Assembly (NCBI GenBank): GCA_943356525.1
Contig: CALRFG010000007.1
Coordinates: 1 to 46,248, forward strand
Direction of reading: 5' to 3'
From: Candidatus Nomurabacteria bacterium
Lineage (GTDB): Bacteria > Patescibacteriota > Minisyncoccia > Phycocordibacterales > CAIZLB01
Length of the DNA stretch: 46,248 nucleotides
Shown here: piece by piece, positions 44,622 through 46,248 of the stretch
Layout of the letters: each line of letters starts with the position of its first letter
Numbering within the stretch: position 1 is the stretch's first letter
The notes under the pieces: model-generated
What the model saw: only the letters and a program-made list of their open reading frames with translations
Database searches by the model: none
Told to the model about the DNA's origin: nothing
Translations under genes and position numbers: made by a program

Positions 44622-45989
44622 CTAAAATAAAACCGTCATTGTAGTCCCTACACCATACTCACTTTCAACAAATATCTTTCCGTTTAGGTATTTTTCAGCA
44701 TAATATTTAGATGAAGATAATCCCACACCGCAATTTTGCCTATCTTTATTTTTACTTGAATAAAAATTATCAAATATTTTAATCAAATTTTTAGACTCTA
44801 TACCTATACCATTATCAACTATCGAAACATAGTTTTTGTTTTCATGTTGTCCTAAAATAACACATATTTCATAGTTGTCTTTTTTGTTTATTTTCTTATC
44901 TTCTATACATGCCTCATATGCATTTGATATAAGGTTTAAAATAATATGATTTAATATTGATTTTTTTGTTAATAGTTTTTTATCTTTATAGTTATTATAC
45001 TCTATAGTTAGAGAAACCCCATGTTTAAAATAATTATTTTTTACCAGATTAATTAAATCAATAACCTCATCTTTTAAGTAAAATTCTTCATCCTCAACTT
45101 TTAAACTTATTTGTTTTCTTATATTCTGTAGCATTAAAGTAAGTTTTTCATGTGTATTTTTAATATTTAAAATAATTTTAGAAAATTGCGAATCGTCTAC
45201 CAAATGCTCTGCTGTAAGTTTTTCTATATATAAATTCATGGTTTGTATTGGTGTAATCAGATCATGATATAAACCACTGGATAATTTACCGAATTCAATC
45301 ATATGATACATTTTAGATATTTCCTCTATTTGAATTTGTTTAATTATATTTGTTTTATCTTGCACTATTTTTTCTAAGTTATTCCTTTCTTTTCTTAAAA
45401 TATTTTCTACTCTCAAGGCCCTATTTAATGTTTTATTTTGTTCTTGATTAAATTTTATTAAAAGAAAAGATATAAAAATAAACATTATCATGAACTCTAC
45501 GATATCATTTATACCAAATATAGATCCATGCCAAGATTTTTCTACATTTAAATATATACGTAAATAGTGTCCTATAAGAATAGAACTAATCAAAAATAGG
45601 TGATAGATTACATTTTCTTTATTATTTGAAGTAAGTGACAATATAACTATACAAAAAATATATGACAGTAAAATTGAAGGTAGATCAAAACCCCATGAAA
45701 TACCTGCTATAAAATTTAAGCTTAATATTGTTGATATTAAAATAAATTTAGATAAATTACATTTATTTTTTAAGTTCAAGTAATAAGCAATTAAAAAAAT
45801 AACTGGGATAATTACACTTAAATATATAGGAAAAATATCTAAATCTTTATTACTTAAATAAATAACAAAATGACTCCACAATAATAATACTGAATATAAT
45901 AAAGAAAAGCATAAAGTAAAGATATTGGCGTATGACAATATAAATTTTATGCGACTTAACTCTGATTTATTAGCCTCAATCATGTACAT
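44622..45989 (-). CDS. Membrane sensor histidine kinase
   Basis: About six N-terminal TM helices and a coiled linker. H-box SGLYHDLITPIQ, N-box LISNAYEA, G1 DNGIGI, F-box FDNFYSS and G2 GVGLSSS are present. Confidence 0.85.
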   Translation of the reverse strand: MYMIEANKSELSRIKFILSYANIFTLCFSLLYSVLLLWSHFVIYLSNKDLDIFPIYLSVIIPVIFLIAYYLNLKNKCNLSKFILISTILSLNFIAGISWGFDLPSILLSYIFCIVILSLTSNNKENVIYHLFLISSILIGHYLRIYLNVEKSWHGSIFGINDIVEFMIMFIFISFLLIKFNQEQNKTLNRALRVENILRKERNNLEKIVQDKTNIIKQIQIEEISKMYHMIEFGKLSSGLYHDLITPIQTMNLYIEKLTAEHLVDDSQFSKIILNIKNTHEKLTLMLQNIRKQISLKVEDEEFYLKDEVIDLINLVKNNYFKHGVSLTIEYNNYKDKKLLTKKSILNHIILNLISNAYEACIEDKKINKKDNYEICVILGQHENKNYVSIVDNGIGIESKNLIKIFDNFYSSKNKDRQNCGVGLSSSKYYAEKYLNGKIFVESEYGVGTTMTVLF

Positions 45990-46081
45990 AAATATACAGA
46001 ATTACTTGTTCCAAGGCAAAGATAAATATCCCCCCAAGAAATTTTGAAGAAAACCCAAAGAAATGCTACAATACTCCTCAT

Positions 46082-46248
46082 ATGATAATAAACTTCTACG
46101 GCAATCAATTCATCAAACTCCAAGTAGGGGATACAACCCTTGCCCTGGACCCTTTTAAAGGTACAAAATTTGGTGCAGACGTTGTACTACAATCAACTCT
46201 ACATGAGGACATGTCAGCCGGACCTGACCTATTTTATGGCAATAAAGT
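46082..46248 (+). CDS. 5' end of a possible metallo-beta-lactamase-fold hydrolase (truncated by the window edge)
   Basis: Hand-translated as MIINFYGNQFIKLQVGDTTLALDPFKGTKFGADVVLQSTLHEDMSAGPDLFYGNK. It resembles the N-terminus of UPF0173/MBL-fold proteins but is too short to be sure. Confidence 0.3.
   Translation, partial: MIINFYGNQFIKLQVGDTTLALDPFKGTKFGADVVLQSTLHEDMSAGPDLFYGNK

Noticed and set aside
1-46248. An alternative genetic code (UGA recoded as Gly or Trp, as in some candidate phyla).
   Set aside because: Long conserved genes (leuS, smc, rnr, ftsZ) are uninterrupted under the standard code. Several ORFs end with TGA at sensible positions, for example 12917-12919, 38520-38522 (minus strand) and 44580-44582.

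Overview
This is an AT-rich, tightly packed bacterial chromosome segment read with the standard code (TGA is a stop). It is dominated by housekeeping genes: efp, trxB, ftsA-ftsZ, ybeY, rpsU, leuS, murJ, mscL, mreB, msrB/msrA, cdaA, idi, murI, murB, smc, rnr, lepB, pth, rpsA, rpmA, and fmt-def-priA. It also carries an RNase P RNA and tRNA-Asn(GUU). Several core proteins are strongly divergent or reduced: PriA without helicase motifs, a half-length SMC, a degenerate HisRS paralogue and a minimal delta'-like protein. There are also three type IV pilin genes and many promoters abutting the start codon. By inference only, this fits a reduced-genome, Patescibacteria/CPR-like organism. I found no CRISPR array, transposase, integrase or rRNA. 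The regions most worth a second look are: (1) a compositionally distinct ~2.4-kb islet of four orphan transcription units between rpmA and fmt (36.9-39.3 kb), including a lysozyme-like gene with no canonical start; (2) a divergent PMI/PMM plus two multi-domain GH130 genes that form a coherent beta-mannoside phosphorolysis route; (3) tandem pilin paralogues with near-identical ends and variable cores, nested between msrB and msrA; (4) a CdaA-YbbR fusion. All GC statements are by-eye estimates and nothing was computed or searched.
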